A stretch of 64,000 nt of DNA. Source: an uncultured Gemmatimonadales bacterium. Its GTDB lineage: Bacteria > Gemmatimonadota > Gemmatimonadetes > Gemmatimonadales > GWC2-71-9. Made by a program: the position numbers and the translations under genes. The notes below the pieces were generated by a model, which ran no database searches, was not told the origin of the DNA, and was given only the letters and a program-made list of their open reading frames with translations. The stretch is from the NCBI GenBank assembly GCA_963798915.1, contig CAWCVB010000002.1, forward strand, positions 64,001 through 128,000, in the 5' to 3' direction. Positions 38,522-48,016 of the stretch are shown one piece after another. Position 1 is the stretch's first letter. Every line of letters starts with the position of its first letter.

Positions 38522-39265
38522 GTGCGGGTTCTTCGCCGCACCATCCTGGGCATTGGCATCGGAGCCGGGCTGTTCGTGGCCTGGCTCTTTGCCATCTGGC
38601 CACCGCCAGTCTGGTATGCGACCCACTTTCCGGCGCGCACCGCGTTCATGGCCATGCGGGAGCGAAGCGGCGTGGAACTGGTGTCTTACCAGCCCGTTCC
38701 GCTTGACAGTATCGCGCCACTGTTCGCACAGGCAGTAATCACCGGCGAGGATAACCGGTTCTGGAGCCACGCCGGGCTGGATTTCGTCGAGCTCCGGCAC
38801 GCTGTGGGCTATCGGCGGGATGACTTTTCCGTCACCCGCGCCCGCGATGTTCGGGACATGCTGTGGGCCCTCGGGCATCTGTGGAGCCGGCGGGAAGAAC
38901 TGCGCGGCGCCAGCACCATCACCCAGCAGCTGGCCAAGAACCTCTACCTCTCACCCTCACGCAACCCGCTGCGGAAATTCAAGGAAGCTGTCACGGCCTA
39001 CCGCCTGGAGCTGGCGCTTGGCAAGCGCCGGATTCTCGAGCTGTACCTGAATGTCGTGGAACTGGGGCCAGGCATCTGGGGCGTCGGTGCGGCAAGCGAG
39101 GCCTATTTCGGCATCCGACCCAGCCGGCTGACCCGTGACCAGGCGGCAGCGCTGGCCGGCTCGCTTCCGTTTCCGCTGGAATCGAATCCCCATACCGCTC
39201 CCGGGCGAATGCGCTGGCGACAGTCGTGGATCCTCAGGCGGATGCAAGGCGAGGCGGCGGAGTGA
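38522..39265 (+). CDS. mtgA: monofunctional biosynthetic peptidoglycan transglycosylase
   Basis: EDNRFWSHAG, GASTITQQLAKNL, RKFKE, LELYLN. Confidence 0.9.
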   Translation: MRVLRRTILGIGIGAGLFVAWLFAIWPPPVWYATHFPARTAFMAMRERSGVELVSYQPVPLDSIAPLFAQAVITGEDNRFWSHAGLDFVELRHAVGYRRDDFSVTRARDVRDMLWALGHLWSRREELRGASTITQQLAKNLYLSPSRNPLRKFKEAVTAYRLELALGKRRILELYLNVVELGPGIWGVGAASEAYFGIRPSRLTRDQAAALAGSLPFPLESNPHTAPGRMRWRQSWILRRMQGEAAE

Positions 39266-39365
39266 CGACCTGTCCACCCTGTCACCTGCATCACAGCGCG
39301 CCCAGCCACTTCATGCCAAGCTGTTATCTTCAAACAGGTAACGCTTCAGGCTGGAGGTATGGATC

Positions 39366-39899
39366 ATGAACGACTACGAAGAGCGGCGTGGTTCGTTTGG
39401 GCGCTCGCTCGGCGCCATGACGGTGGCCGCGGCGGTCGGTGCGGGTGTCGCCCTGCTTTTCTCGACCGAAACGGGTCGCAAGACCCGTCGGAAGGTATCG
39501 AGCCAGATTCGGGAGATGGAATTGCGCGATCGCGCCGAGATGCTGAGCGCCGCCGCGCTCGAGGGCATTGAGATGATGCGTGGGCGGCAGTCGCATCGGC
39601 GGCGGACCACCATGTATGCCGCGTTGGGCACGGCTGCCGGCGCCGCTGCCGCCGCGCTGCTGGCCCCGGAGAGCACGCGCCGGGCACGCATCTGGGTCGA
39701 GGATACGCTGGATGAACTTCGCCACAACGCGTCGACCCGCTGGCGGGTGCACCGGGCCAGGCGCGACAACCGGATGACGCCCGATACGGCGCACGCCATG
39801 CGCCGCCTCGAGGATTCGATGGATCTGGAGCCCGAGCGGGACTACGTGAGCCCGGTGGCGGTACCGGAAGAACCCCACGGGGACATGCCGGGGTTGTAG
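39366..39899 (+). CDS. YtxH-like protein with duplicated motif
   Basis: VGAGVALLFSTETGRKTR and AGAAAAALLAPESTRRAR; GGAGG RBS. Confidence 0.75.
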   Translation: MNDYEERRGSFGRSLGAMTVAAAVGAGVALLFSTETGRKTRRKVSSQIREMELRDRAEMLSAAALEGIEMMRGRQSHRRRTTMYAALGTAAGAAAAALLAPESTRRARIWVEDTLDELRHNASTRWRVHRARRDNRMTPDTAHAMRRLEDSMDLEPERDYVSPVAVPEEPHGDMPGL

Positions 39900-39964
39900 A
39901 AGGGTGATCAGTCGTCGGTCTTCGGTCGTCAACTGCTGGTGAAGACCGACGACCGACGACACCC

Positions 39965-41077
39965 CTAATCCACCAACCTCAACGGCATTACCAAGGCGAG
40001 GTAACTGGCCGGATCGTCCCAACCGACTGGTTCGCAGGTCGCGGCGCGTTCGGGTGCCTTGAAGGTCAGCCGCACCTCGTCGGTGGGCATGAACTTGAGC
40101 ACCTCGAGCATGTAGGCCGCGTTGAAGCCGATTTCCAGCGGATCGCCCTCGTAGCTGACCGTCACCTCTTCCTGCGCCTCCCCCAGGTCCGGCGTCTGCA
40201 CTGACAGCTTGCACGCCCCGTTCGCGAAGCCCATCCGGATCCGATGGGTCTGGTCGCTGGCCACGATATGCATGCGCCTGAGCGCCGAGGTGAGCGCTGC
40301 CTTGTCCACGGTGGCGACCTTGTCGTTCTCCCGTGGAATGACCTGCTCGTAGTTGGGGTAGGGCCCTTCGATCAGCCGAGTGAAGATCTGGGTGGTCTTG
40401 CTGCGGAAGGCCAGGTGATTCTCGCTCCGCGCGATCTCGACGTCCTCGTCGGAGCCGAACAGGCGGCGGATCTGTTCCAGCGCCTTGGGCGGCACGATCA
40501 GGTCCGCCTCGGCGCCGGAACCGGCCGTGGTGGGCACGTCCATCTTGGCCAGCCGATGGCCATTGGTGGCGACCATCCGCATCCGTTCGGGTCGCAGTTC
40601 CCAGAGCACGCCGTTCAGGATGGGGCGGCTCTCTTCCGTGCTGGCGGCAAAGGCGACGTGAGTAATGAGTTTCTGCAGGTCTCCTGACGTGGCGTGCCAG
40701 GCCTTGTCGAACTTGACTGCCGGGAAGGCAGGAAATTCTTCCCGTGGCAGGCCAAGAAGGCGAAAGCGCGATCGGCCGCATTCGATGGTGACCCGCTGTT
40801 CGCCGGATGCCGTGAGCCGGATAGACGCGCTGGGAAGCTCGCGTACGATCTCCACCAGCTTGCGAGCCGGCAGGGTGATGGCTCCTTCCTGGTCCACCGA
40901 GGCGCTGGCGGTGGTGGTGACGGATATGTCGAGGTCCGTTCCGCTCAGGCGAATGCCGTCCTTGGTGGCTTCGAGCAGGATGTTGGCCAGCACCGGAAGC
41001 GTGGTCTTGGACGGCACCGCTGCCGCGACAGCGACGAGCCCTTCCTGCAACTGCTCCCGCGTGATTGTCAACTTCAT
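39965..41077 (-). CDS. dnaN: DNA polymerase III beta clamp
   Basis: TLPVLAN, TDLD, ATNGHRL, GPYPNY, GFNAAY, LVMPLR. Confidence 0.97.
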   Translation of the reverse strand: MKLTITREQLQEGLVAVAAAVPSKTTLPVLANILLEATKDGIRLSGTDLDISVTTTASASVDQEGAITLPARKLVEIVRELPSASIRLTASGEQRVTIECGRSRFRLLGLPREEFPAFPAVKFDKAWHATSGDLQKLITHVAFAASTEESRPILNGVLWELRPERMRMVATNGHRLAKMDVPTTAGSGAEADLIVPPKALEQIRRLFGSDEDVEIARSENHLAFRSKTTQIFTRLIEGPYPNYEQVIPRENDKVATVDKAALTSALRRMHIVASDQTHRIRMGFANGACKLSVQTPDLGEAQEEVTVSYEGDPLEIGFNAAYMLEVLKFMPTDEVRLTFKAPERAATCEPVGWDDPASYLALVMPLRLVD

Positions 41078-41094
41078 GCATGACCTCGGTGTGC

Positions 41095-41320
41095 TATGAT
41101 AGATACTACAAGACCATTTTAAATAACTAGCAGCAGTAGTAGAGGGTCTGGAAATGTGGACCGGCGCGCGAACCCCTGATCCTCAAAGCGCATCCAGTAC
41201 CCACCTGCTGTTGAACTTCTGTGTGCGTGGTGGAAGATAGACGCTCAAGTCCGCTCTTTCACGCCGTGATCAAGATTCCCCACACCGCCGCTTGTCCACG
41301 CGTGGACAGTCGTGGGGAAG
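41095..41320. promoter_or_regulatory. chromosomal replication origin oriC (DnaA boxes, DnaA-trios, AT-rich DUE)
   Basis: TTCCCCACA 41276, TTGTCCACG 41292, CGTGGACAG 41301, CGTGGGGAA 41311; trios TAG-CAG-CAG-TAG-TAG 41128-41142; AT-rich 41095-41127. Confidence 0.85.
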
Positions 41321-41322
41321 AA

Positions 41323-42705
41323 TCAATCGACCGTGACCAGTTCCTGCCGTGCATGCTCCACCCGTTCACGGAATGCCCGGTCCCGTTGCATCTGCCGGTG
41401 GACCTTGTCCACGCTGTGAATGACGGTGGAGTGATCCCGCCCGCCAAAGGCATGGCCAATCTCCACCAGCTGCATCTGCAGCAGTTCCCGCGCGAGATAC
41501 ATCGCAATCTGCCTTGGCACGGTAAGGGTCTTGATCCGCGCCTTGCTGCGCAGGCCCTCGGGCGTCACTCCCCAGCGCCGGGCCACCACTTCCTGCACCC
41601 GGTTGATGGTGGGCTTGGGCTGGCCTTCCTGGTCCTCGCTGTCGCCCCGGATCTTGTCCGCCAGGGCCTCGCGCGCCAGCTCGATCGAAATCTCCCGGTG
41701 CTTGAGTGAAGCATACAGCAGCATCTTGATGATGCACCCCTCCAGCTCGCGCACGCTCGAGCGGACGTGTTCGGCGATGAACCGGAGCACGTCGTCCGGA
41801 ATGGTGAGCTCCAGGTGGTCCTGCTCCTGCTTCTTCCGCAGGATGGCAATGCGGTGCTCCAGGTCCGGCTGCCCGATATCCGCCACCATGCCCCATTCGA
41901 AGCGGCTCACCAGCCGTGCCTCGAGGTTGGGGATGTCCTTGGGCGGCCGGTCCGACGTCAGCACGATCTGGCGGCCGGCCTCGTAAAGTGCATTGAACGT
42001 GTGGAAGAACTCCTCCTGGGTCATCTCCTTGCCTTCCAGGAAGTGCACGTCATCCACGAGGAAGAGATCCGCATCGGCTCGGTAGCGGCGCCGGAATTCC
42101 GGCATGGTCCGACCGTGAATGCTCTCGATTACCTCATTGATGAACTGTTCTGCCCCGACGTACAGCACCCGGGTCGAGGGGTTCTTCCGCAGCACCTTGT
42201 GCGCGATCGCCTGCATCAGGTGGGTCTTGCCCAGCCCGGTCGCTCCATAAATGAACAGCGGATTGTAGGTCTTGCCTGGCGCCTCCGCCACGCCGTGGGC
42301 GGCCGCGGCGGCCAGCTCGTTCGACTTGCCGATGACAAAATGCTCAAAGGTGTAGCGCTCGTTGAGCGGCTGGGTCGTCGAGTTGATCGCCGCCGGCGTC
42401 GCGGTACTCGGGGCCGGCGCGACGAAGAAATCCATCTGGGGCCTGGTCTGGCGGTCGGCCAGTACCTGAAACCGGATGTTGAGGTCCTGGCCCATGACGT
42501 CCCGGGCAATGCGGGCCAGGATGGGAAGATGCTTGGTCTCGTTCCACTCGACCGCAAACTGGTCGGGTGCCCCCACGACGAGATGCTCCGCATCCAGCGA
42601 AATCGCCTCGGTGGGTTCGAGCCAGCTGTGAATGGTGTGTTCGGGGAGCTCACGCGCAGCGGCTTCCAGAATTTGCTTCCACGCGTCCCGTGCGGACAAC
42701 TGCAT
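41323..42705 (-). CDS. dnaA: chromosomal replication initiator DnaA
   Basis: YTFEHFVIG, YNPLFIYGATGLGKTHL, QEEFFHTFN, GGRDHSTV. Confidence 0.98.
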   Translation of the reverse strand: MQLSARDAWKQILEAAARELPEHTIHSWLEPTEAISLDAEHLVVGAPDQFAVEWNETKHLPILARIARDVMGQDLNIRFQVLADRQTRPQMDFFVAPAPSTATPAAINSTTQPLNERYTFEHFVIGKSNELAAAAAHGVAEAPGKTYNPLFIYGATGLGKTHLMQAIAHKVLRKNPSTRVLYVGAEQFINEVIESIHGRTMPEFRRRYRADADLFLVDDVHFLEGKEMTQEEFFHTFNALYEAGRQIVLTSDRPPKDIPNLEARLVSRFEWGMVADIGQPDLEHRIAILRKKQEQDHLELTIPDDVLRFIAEHVRSSVRELEGCIIKMLLYASLKHREISIELAREALADKIRGDSEDQEGQPKPTINRVQEVVARRWGVTPEGLRSKARIKTLTVPRQIAMYLARELLQMQLVEIGHAFGGRDHSTVIHSVDKVHRQMQRDRAFRERVEHARQELVTVD

Positions 42706-42760
42706 TTGTACTCGAAACTGATGAGGGTGATTCCAAGGGCGAGGGATGTTACGAGTCGGG

Positions 42761-42769
42761 TGTGGAAAA
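42761..42769 (-). promoter_or_regulatory. DnaA box upstream of dnaA (likely autoregulation)
   Basis: TGTGGAAAA, i.e. TTTTCCACA on the minus strand. Confidence 0.65.
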
Positions 42770-42778
42770 GTCAAATGG

Positions 42779-43036
42779 GGTCGCGAGTCGCGAGTCATGA
42801 GTCGTGGGTCGAGTGCCTCAGGAGTGGATTCTCCCACCGTCTTCATCCTGAAGGAGTGCAGCGACTGAAGGATCCACCAGCGCATTCCGGGGAATGGCAA
42901 AGCAGATCCTTCGCGTTGCCCAGGATCGGGGGTTAGGTTTTTTCAATCGGCGACCTTCGGCTCCCACGACCCACGACCCACGACCCACGACCCACGACCC
43001 ACGACCCACGACCCACGACCCACGACCCACGACCCA
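42779..43036. repeat. heptamer STR - family C palindrome - (CCCACGA)x10
   Basis: GTCGCGA/GTCATGA/GTCGTGG units; TCATCCTGAAG...GAAGGATC...GATCCTTCG...CAGGAT core 42843-42926; 10 perfect CCCACGA units 42963-43032. Confidence 0.9.
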
Positions 43037-43094
43037 ACTTGACCCAACCCCATCCCCTTGGCTAACTTCCCCGGCTCACTGGAGGAGTCGCTCG

Positions 43095-43256
43095 ATGAAG
43101 CCGTCGTATCGTCCGCGCAACAAGCGCCGGATCGCCAAGCATGGATTCCGCGCCCGCATGGCCAATCGGTGGGGCCGTGCGGTCTTGTCGCGCCGTCGGA
43201 AGAAGGGGCGCAAGCGCCTCACGGTTTCCATTCCGTCCAAGCACGGGAGCGCCTGA
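43095..43256 (+). CDS. rpmH: 50S ribosomal protein L34
   Basis: [22 protein letters not shown]...[20 protein letters not shown]. Confidence 0.97.
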   Translation: MKPSYRPRNKRRIAKHGFRARMANRWGRAVLSRRRKKGRKRLTVSIPSKHGSA

Positions 43257-43609
43257 CGGCGCCGGAGCGTCTCGCCCGGGCCGCTCGGCTCGGGCGGGCC
43301 GCAGATATTCGCCGATGCCTGCAGATGGGACGGCGCCGGCGGTTTGAGCACCTCGAGATGATCTGGGTCGACAATGCAACGGGCCACCCGCGTCTGGGAC
43401 TCATCGTTCCGAAGTTTGGAGCGAACGCGGTGGCCCGTAATCGTTTGCGGCGCAGGATCAAGGAAATCTGGCGCCGGGAGATTCAGCCAGTGCAGCCCGC
43501 TTGGGACCTCATCGTCCGGATCCGCCGCGAGGCGTACCAGCAGTCCTTTGCCGACCTGCGCCACCAGCTCATCGGCTGGCGAGACATGGTGCTGCCGGAC
43601 GGTGGCTGA
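43253..43609 (+). CDS. rnpA: RNase P protein component (probable CTG start)
   Basis: [24 protein letters not shown] motif; position between rpmH and yidD. Confidence 0.92.
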   Translation: MTAPERLARAARLGRAADIRRCLQMGRRRRFEHLEMIWVDNATGHPRLGLIVPKFGANAVARNRLRRRIKEIWRREIQPVQPAWDLIVRIRREAYQQSFADLRHQLIGWRDMVLPDGG

Positions 43610-43839
43610 TGCTCGATCTCCGCACGCTGCCGCGGCGGCTCCTGACCGGAATGATCCGCGGGTACCAGCTCGTTATCTCACCGGCGCTCCCCGCCGCCTG
43701 CCGCTACACTCCGACCTGCTCGCAGTATGCTCTGGAAGCGATCCAGCGCTACGGCGTCCTCAAGGGATCCTGGCTGGCCGCGCGCCGGGTGGCCAGATGT
43801 CACCCGTTTCATGAAGGTGGCACTGATCCCGTTCCCTGA
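43609..43839 (+). CDS. yidD: membrane protein insertion efficiency factor
   Basis: [28 protein letters not shown]. Confidence 0.95.
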   Translation: MLDLRTLPRRLLTGMIRGYQLVISPALPAACRYTPTCSQYALEAIQRYGVLKGSWLAARRVARCHPFHEGGTDPVP

Positions 43840-43858
43840 ACCCGTGACCTGACAAGAC

Positions 43859-45595
43859 ATGGACCGTCGTGTCATCTGGGCAGTGGCGCTGATGATGCTC
43901 GTCGCGCTCGCTCCCACGTTCTTCCTGAAGCGCCCGCCGGCGCCAGTAGCATCTCCGGCGGATTCCGCCGCTGCCATATCCCGGCCGGCCGACACGGCCG
44001 CGCCCGCTCCCGCCGTCCCTGGGGCCGTGGGCCCGGTCGATTCGCTGGCGACCGCGACGGTGACGCCGCCCACCGCGGCTCCGGCCGACACCGTGACGGT
44101 GACATCGCCGCTCTACAGCTTCCGGCTCTCGACTCGAGGTGCCGCGCTGATCGGCGCCCGGCTCACCCGATACCGCTCCATGGGCTTGGGCGATTCTGCC
44201 CAGGCCGAGCTGGTGCGGCCGGGCGAGCGCCTCTATGCCCTCGCCATCGTGAGCGGCCGCGACACCATTTCGCTCGAGAACTGGAGTTTTGTCCCCTCGG
44301 CGCGCCAGGTCTCGGTGGAAGAAGCCCCGGCGCCGCTCACCTTCACCGGCAGCAACGGGGCCTTGAGTGCCCGCATCACCTACACCTTCTATCCGGGCTA
44401 CCGCTTTGACGTCGAAGCCCAGGTGAATGGCGTGGGGGCGAGTGGTGGCCTCGCCATGATCGGGCTGGGCACCGGCCTGGAGAATACTGAAAAGGACTCG
44501 CTGCAGAACTTCATCAAGTACGCCGTGGTGGTGAAGAACAGCGGGGCGGACCGGACCGATTTCCGGTCGCTCGACCCGGGGGAATTCAAGGTGATCCCGG
44601 GCCCGTTCGAATGGGCCGCGGTCAAGTCCAAGTACTTTGTGGCGAGTCTGTTTGCCTTTGACAGCAGCTCCACCACGGGGCGCATCAGCGGCGTCACGGC
44701 GGCCGTGCCGGCGTCGGAAGGAAAGAACCCCCACGCCGCGCGGGTCCGCGTCACGATGCCGGTTCCCGCGGCCGGCACCATCCGGTTCAGCGGATATGTG
44801 GGGCCGATGGAGTACGACCAGCTCCGCAGCATCGGCCACGAGTTTGATGACGTGAACCCCTATGGCTGGCCGGGGGTCCGCACCGTCATCCGCTTCTTTG
44901 CGGTGCCGGTGCGCTGGCTGCTGGTGCAGATGCATGCGCAGCTGAACCTGGCCTATGGCCTGGTGCTGGTGCTCTTTGGCATCCTGGTGCGCCTGCTGCT
45001 CTGGCCCCTCAACCAGAAGGCCATGCGCGCCAACATGCGGATGCAGGAGCTGCAGCCGGTGCTCAAGGCGGCACAGGAGCGGCACAAGGACAATCCGCAA
45101 ATGCTGCAGCAGGAGATGTTCCGGCTGTACAAGGAGTACGGCGTCAATCCGATGAGCGGCTGCTGGCCCATGATGCTGCCCATGCCCATCCTGTTCGCAC
45201 TCTTCTTCGTCTTCGAGAACGCCATCGAGCTGCGGGGCCAGAGCTTCCTCTGGCTTCCGGACCTTGCCCGTCCCGATCCGCTCTACATCATCCCGGTGGT
45301 AATGGGCCTCTCGATGTATGCGGTGAGCAAGGTGGGCCAGATGGGGATGCCGCCCAATCCTCAGATGAAGATGATGCTCTACGTCATGCCCATCATGATG
45401 ACGGTCTTCTTCCTGCGCTTTGCCTCGGGGCTCAACCTGTACTATGTGGTGAGCAACCTGGCGAGCATCCCGCAGCAGTGGATGCTGGGCCAGGAGCGGC
45501 GCCGTCGCACGGCGCTGGCCATCGCGAATGTGACGACGCACAACGAAGCGCCTGCCGGAGGAGGCACCGGAAAGAAGCGTCGGAAATCCTCATGA
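43859..45595 (+). CDS. yidC: membrane protein insertase YidC
   Basis: VRLLLWPL, NPMSGCWP, QSFLWLPDL, GLNLYY. Confidence 0.95.
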   Translation: MDRRVIWAVALMMLVALAPTFFLKRPPAPVASPADSAAAISRPADTAAPAPAVPGAVGPVDSLATATVTPPTAAPADTVTVTSPLYSFRLSTRGAALIGARLTRYRSMGLGDSAQAELVRPGERLYALAIVSGRDTISLENWSFVPSARQVSVEEAPAPLTFTGSNGALSARITYTFYPGYRFDVEAQVNGVGASGGLAMIGLGTGLENTEKDSLQNFIKYAVVVKNSGADRTDFRSLDPGEFKVIPGPFEWAAVKSKYFVASLFAFDSSSTTGRISGVTAAVPASEGKNPHAARVRVTMPVPAAGTIRFSGYVGPMEYDQLRSIGHEFDDVNPYGWPGVRTVIRFFAVPVRWLLVQMHAQLNLAYGLVLVLFGILVRLLLWPLNQKAMRANMRMQELQPVLKAAQERHKDNPQMLQQEMFRLYKEYGVNPMSGCWPMMLPMPILFALFFVFENAIELRGQSFLWLPDLARPDPLYIIPVVMGLSMYAVSKVGQMGMPPNPQMKMMLYVMPIMMTVFFLRFASGLNLYYVVSNLASIPQQWMLGQERRRRTALAIANVTTHNEAPAGGGTGKKRRKSS

Positions 45596-45621
45596 CCGAC
45601 GACTGATGACCGACGACCATC

Positions 45622-46935
45622 ATGCTGTCCGACCCCATCGCCGCCCTCGCCACCCCGCCCGGTCGTTCGGCCCTCGCGGTCGTGCGCCTGGCGGGCACCG
45701 GGGCCTTTGACGTCGCCCGACGCGTAGTCAGGCGCTTCGAGTTGCGGCCGAGGGTTGCCGTGCTCGCCACATTCGTGGACAGCAAGGGCGAGCCGATCGA
45801 CCGCGGCATCTACACCAGTTTCCCATCACCCCACAGCTTCAGTGGCGACGATACGGTGGAGTTCTCCTGTCACGGAGGACTCACGGCCCCAGCCCGTCTC
45901 CTCGCCGCGCTTCACGCCGCCGGCGCCCGTCCGGCAGCGCCCGGCGAATTCACCCGTCGCGCGGTATTGAACGGGCAGCTCGACCTGCTCCAGGCCGAAG
46001 CCGTGGGCGACCTCATCGATGCCACGGCGCCGGCCCAGGGTCGTGCCGCCTTGGCCCAACTCGACGGCAATCTCTCCCGGCGGATCCGGCAGCTCCGGGA
46101 GCAGCTGCTCGAGGTGGAGACGCTGCTGAGCTACGACATTGATTTCCCCGGCGAAGACGATGGCCCCATCCCACCGGAGCGCCTGCGCGACGCCCTGGAG
46201 CGCGCCGCCGCACAGGTGGACCGACTGCTGGCAACGGCGCCAGCCGGCGAGCGGCTGCGCGAGGGTGCACTGGTGGTGATCGCGGGCCGGCCCAATGCCG
46301 GCAAGTCGTCGCTCTTCAACGCGTTGCTCGGCAGCGACCGGGCCCTGGTCACGGAGATTGCGGGCACCACGCGCGACGCCATCGAGGCACACCTCGGTTT
46401 CCTCGACTGGCCGGTGCGGCTGGTGGACACCGCCGGCCTCCGCAGCACGGATGACCGCATCGAGGCCATGGGCGTCGAGGTGAGCCGGCGGTGGCTCGAG
46501 GCCGCCGACCTGGTGCTGCTGTGCGTTGAATCGGGACGCGATCTCACGGCCGACGAGCGTGACCTCGGCACGCGCTATCCGTTGCTGGTGGTGAGGACCA
46601 AGGCCGATCTCTATCCCGATGCCGATGGCGTGTCCGCCGTGAGCGGGGAAGGGCTGGACCGGCTCCGCCGTCTGGTGGCGGAGCGATTGTTCGGAGGCCG
46701 GGTGGCGCTGGCCGATCTTGAGCCGGGGCTGACGCGGGCGCGCCATCGCACCGCGCTGGCCGCGGCTCAGGGCGAACTCGCTGCCGCGCGCCCCTTCCTG
46801 GGCCGGGACGGCGACGCCGCGCTGGCATCACACCACATCCGGCGGGCCGTGCTCAGTCTCGATGAATTGATTGGCGTGGTGGATGTCGAGGATGTGCTGG
46901 ACCGGGTCTTTGCCGGATTCTGTGTGGGGAAATAG
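45622..46935 (+). CDS. mnmE: tRNA modification GTPase MnmE
   Basis: IAALATP, GEFTRRA, GRPNAGKSS, GTTRD, DTAG, FCVGK. Confidence 0.97.
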   Translation: MLSDPIAALATPPGRSALAVVRLAGTGAFDVARRVVRRFELRPRVAVLATFVDSKGEPIDRGIYTSFPSPHSFSGDDTVEFSCHGGLTAPARLLAALHAAGARPAAPGEFTRRAVLNGQLDLLQAEAVGDLIDATAPAQGRAALAQLDGNLSRRIRQLREQLLEVETLLSYDIDFPGEDDGPIPPERLRDALERAAAQVDRLLATAPAGERLREGALVVIAGRPNAGKSSLFNALLGSDRALVTEIAGTTRDAIEAHLGFLDWPVRLVDTAGLRSTDDRIEAMGVEVSRRWLEAADLVLLCVESGRDLTADERDLGTRYPLLVVRTKADLYPDADGVSAVSGEGLDRLRRLVAERLFGGRVALADLEPGLTRARHRTALAAAQGELAAARPFLGRDGDAALASHHIRRAVLSLDELIGVVDVEDVLDRVFAGFCVGK

Positions 46936-46974
46936 GCGCAGGGGCGACGCATGCGTCGCCCCTGCGCCTATTTC
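46929..46974. repeat. 46-bp perfect palindrome with REP core, probable bidirectional terminator
   Basis: GAAATAGGCGCAGGGGCGACGCA|TGCGTCGCCCCTGCGCCTATTTC; includes the mnmE stop. Confidence 0.9.
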
Positions 46975-46994
46975 TTCCCGTCTTCCCACCTGCA

Positions 46995-47939
46995 TCACGC
47001 CGTCTGAATCCCCCGCGCCGCCTCTTCCGCTGCGGCGATATCCTCGGCGCTGGCGCGCAGGGCGTCGGCGATCCCGCGCTCACGCACGATGGCATCGCTC
47101 ATCCGCCATCCCAGGTAATAGCCGGCTCGTTCGGGAAGCACTCGTCCGTTGACCAGCCGGGCGCTCGGGCTCATCCCGCCGGTCAGGTACCGGAGCCTGA
47201 GGCCCAATCCCCGCAGGTCCAACTCCGGGCCGGTGACCCGGCGCAGCAGTGACTCCATTTCCCGAAGCCGGGTGTACTGGCGCCGCGGGTAGCCGAAATA
47301 ATCCGCCGCGCCGAACCCGGGCGCCACCATCTCGGCGGCGTGCACCGCCAGCCCCTCGTTGACCAGCAGCTCCCGCAGCGTCGCGCGGCTACCGGTGGCC
47401 CAGAAGTCGTAGTAGCCGGCGTTTTCGTCCACCAGCCGCTTCATCTCGCTTGCGCTCGTGGGCGAAGTGTATCGCACCGCATGCGCGAGTTCATGGGCCA
47501 CCCAGACGGGAATCAGCTCGGGGGAAAGTCCCATGCCGTAGGTTTCAGCGTTGGGCCGGCCGGTAAAGTGCTCCACACAGATGAACGCAGCCCCACGCCC
47601 GTCGAGCACCAGCTCGCCGGCATTGGCCGCGCCCATGCCCACCATGAGGTAGACGTCCGTGGGTCGGTCGAGCCGAAGCAGGTCGGCAGCGGCACCGGCG
47701 GCATCTTCGGCCAGCACGTCGAGATCATGTGACACCATGACGGCGCGGAGATCGTCCCGCCTGGCCCGCAGCGCGTCCTGTACCACTCGTGCAGCCTGCG
47801 GCGAATCCGGATCGAGCACATAATTGCGCCAGTAGGCATCGAGCACGGGCCGGTGCGCCTCGCGATAGCGGGCATACGCAGCTTCAGGTTCGTCAGCATC
47901 GATGACGGAGAGAAATTCTGGCAACAGATTGATGAGCAC
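46995..47939 (-). CDS. putative Zn-dependent protease (DUF2268-like)
   Basis: AHELAH (HExxH), NEGLA, GYYLG. Confidence 0.75.
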   Translation of the reverse strand: MLINLLPEFLSVIDADEPEAAYARYREAHRPVLDAYWRNYVLDPDSPQAARVVQDALRARRDDLRAVMVSHDLDVLAEDAAGAAADLLRLDRPTDVYLMVGMGAANAGELVLDGRGAAFICVEHFTGRPNAETYGMGLSPELIPVWVAHELAHAVRYTSPTSASEMKRLVDENAGYYDFWATGSRATLRELLVNEGLAVHAAEMVAPGFGAADYFGYPRRQYTRLREMESLLRRVTGPELDLRGLGLRLRYLTGGMSPSARLVNGRVLPERAGYYLGWRMSDAIVRERGIADALRASAEDIAAAEEAARGIQTA

Positions 47940-48016
47940 GCGCCATGATAGAACGTGGGTGGTGTCTACGCAAGACGGAAGACGGGAAGACGGGAAGGCG
48001 GGAAGGCGGGAAGAAA

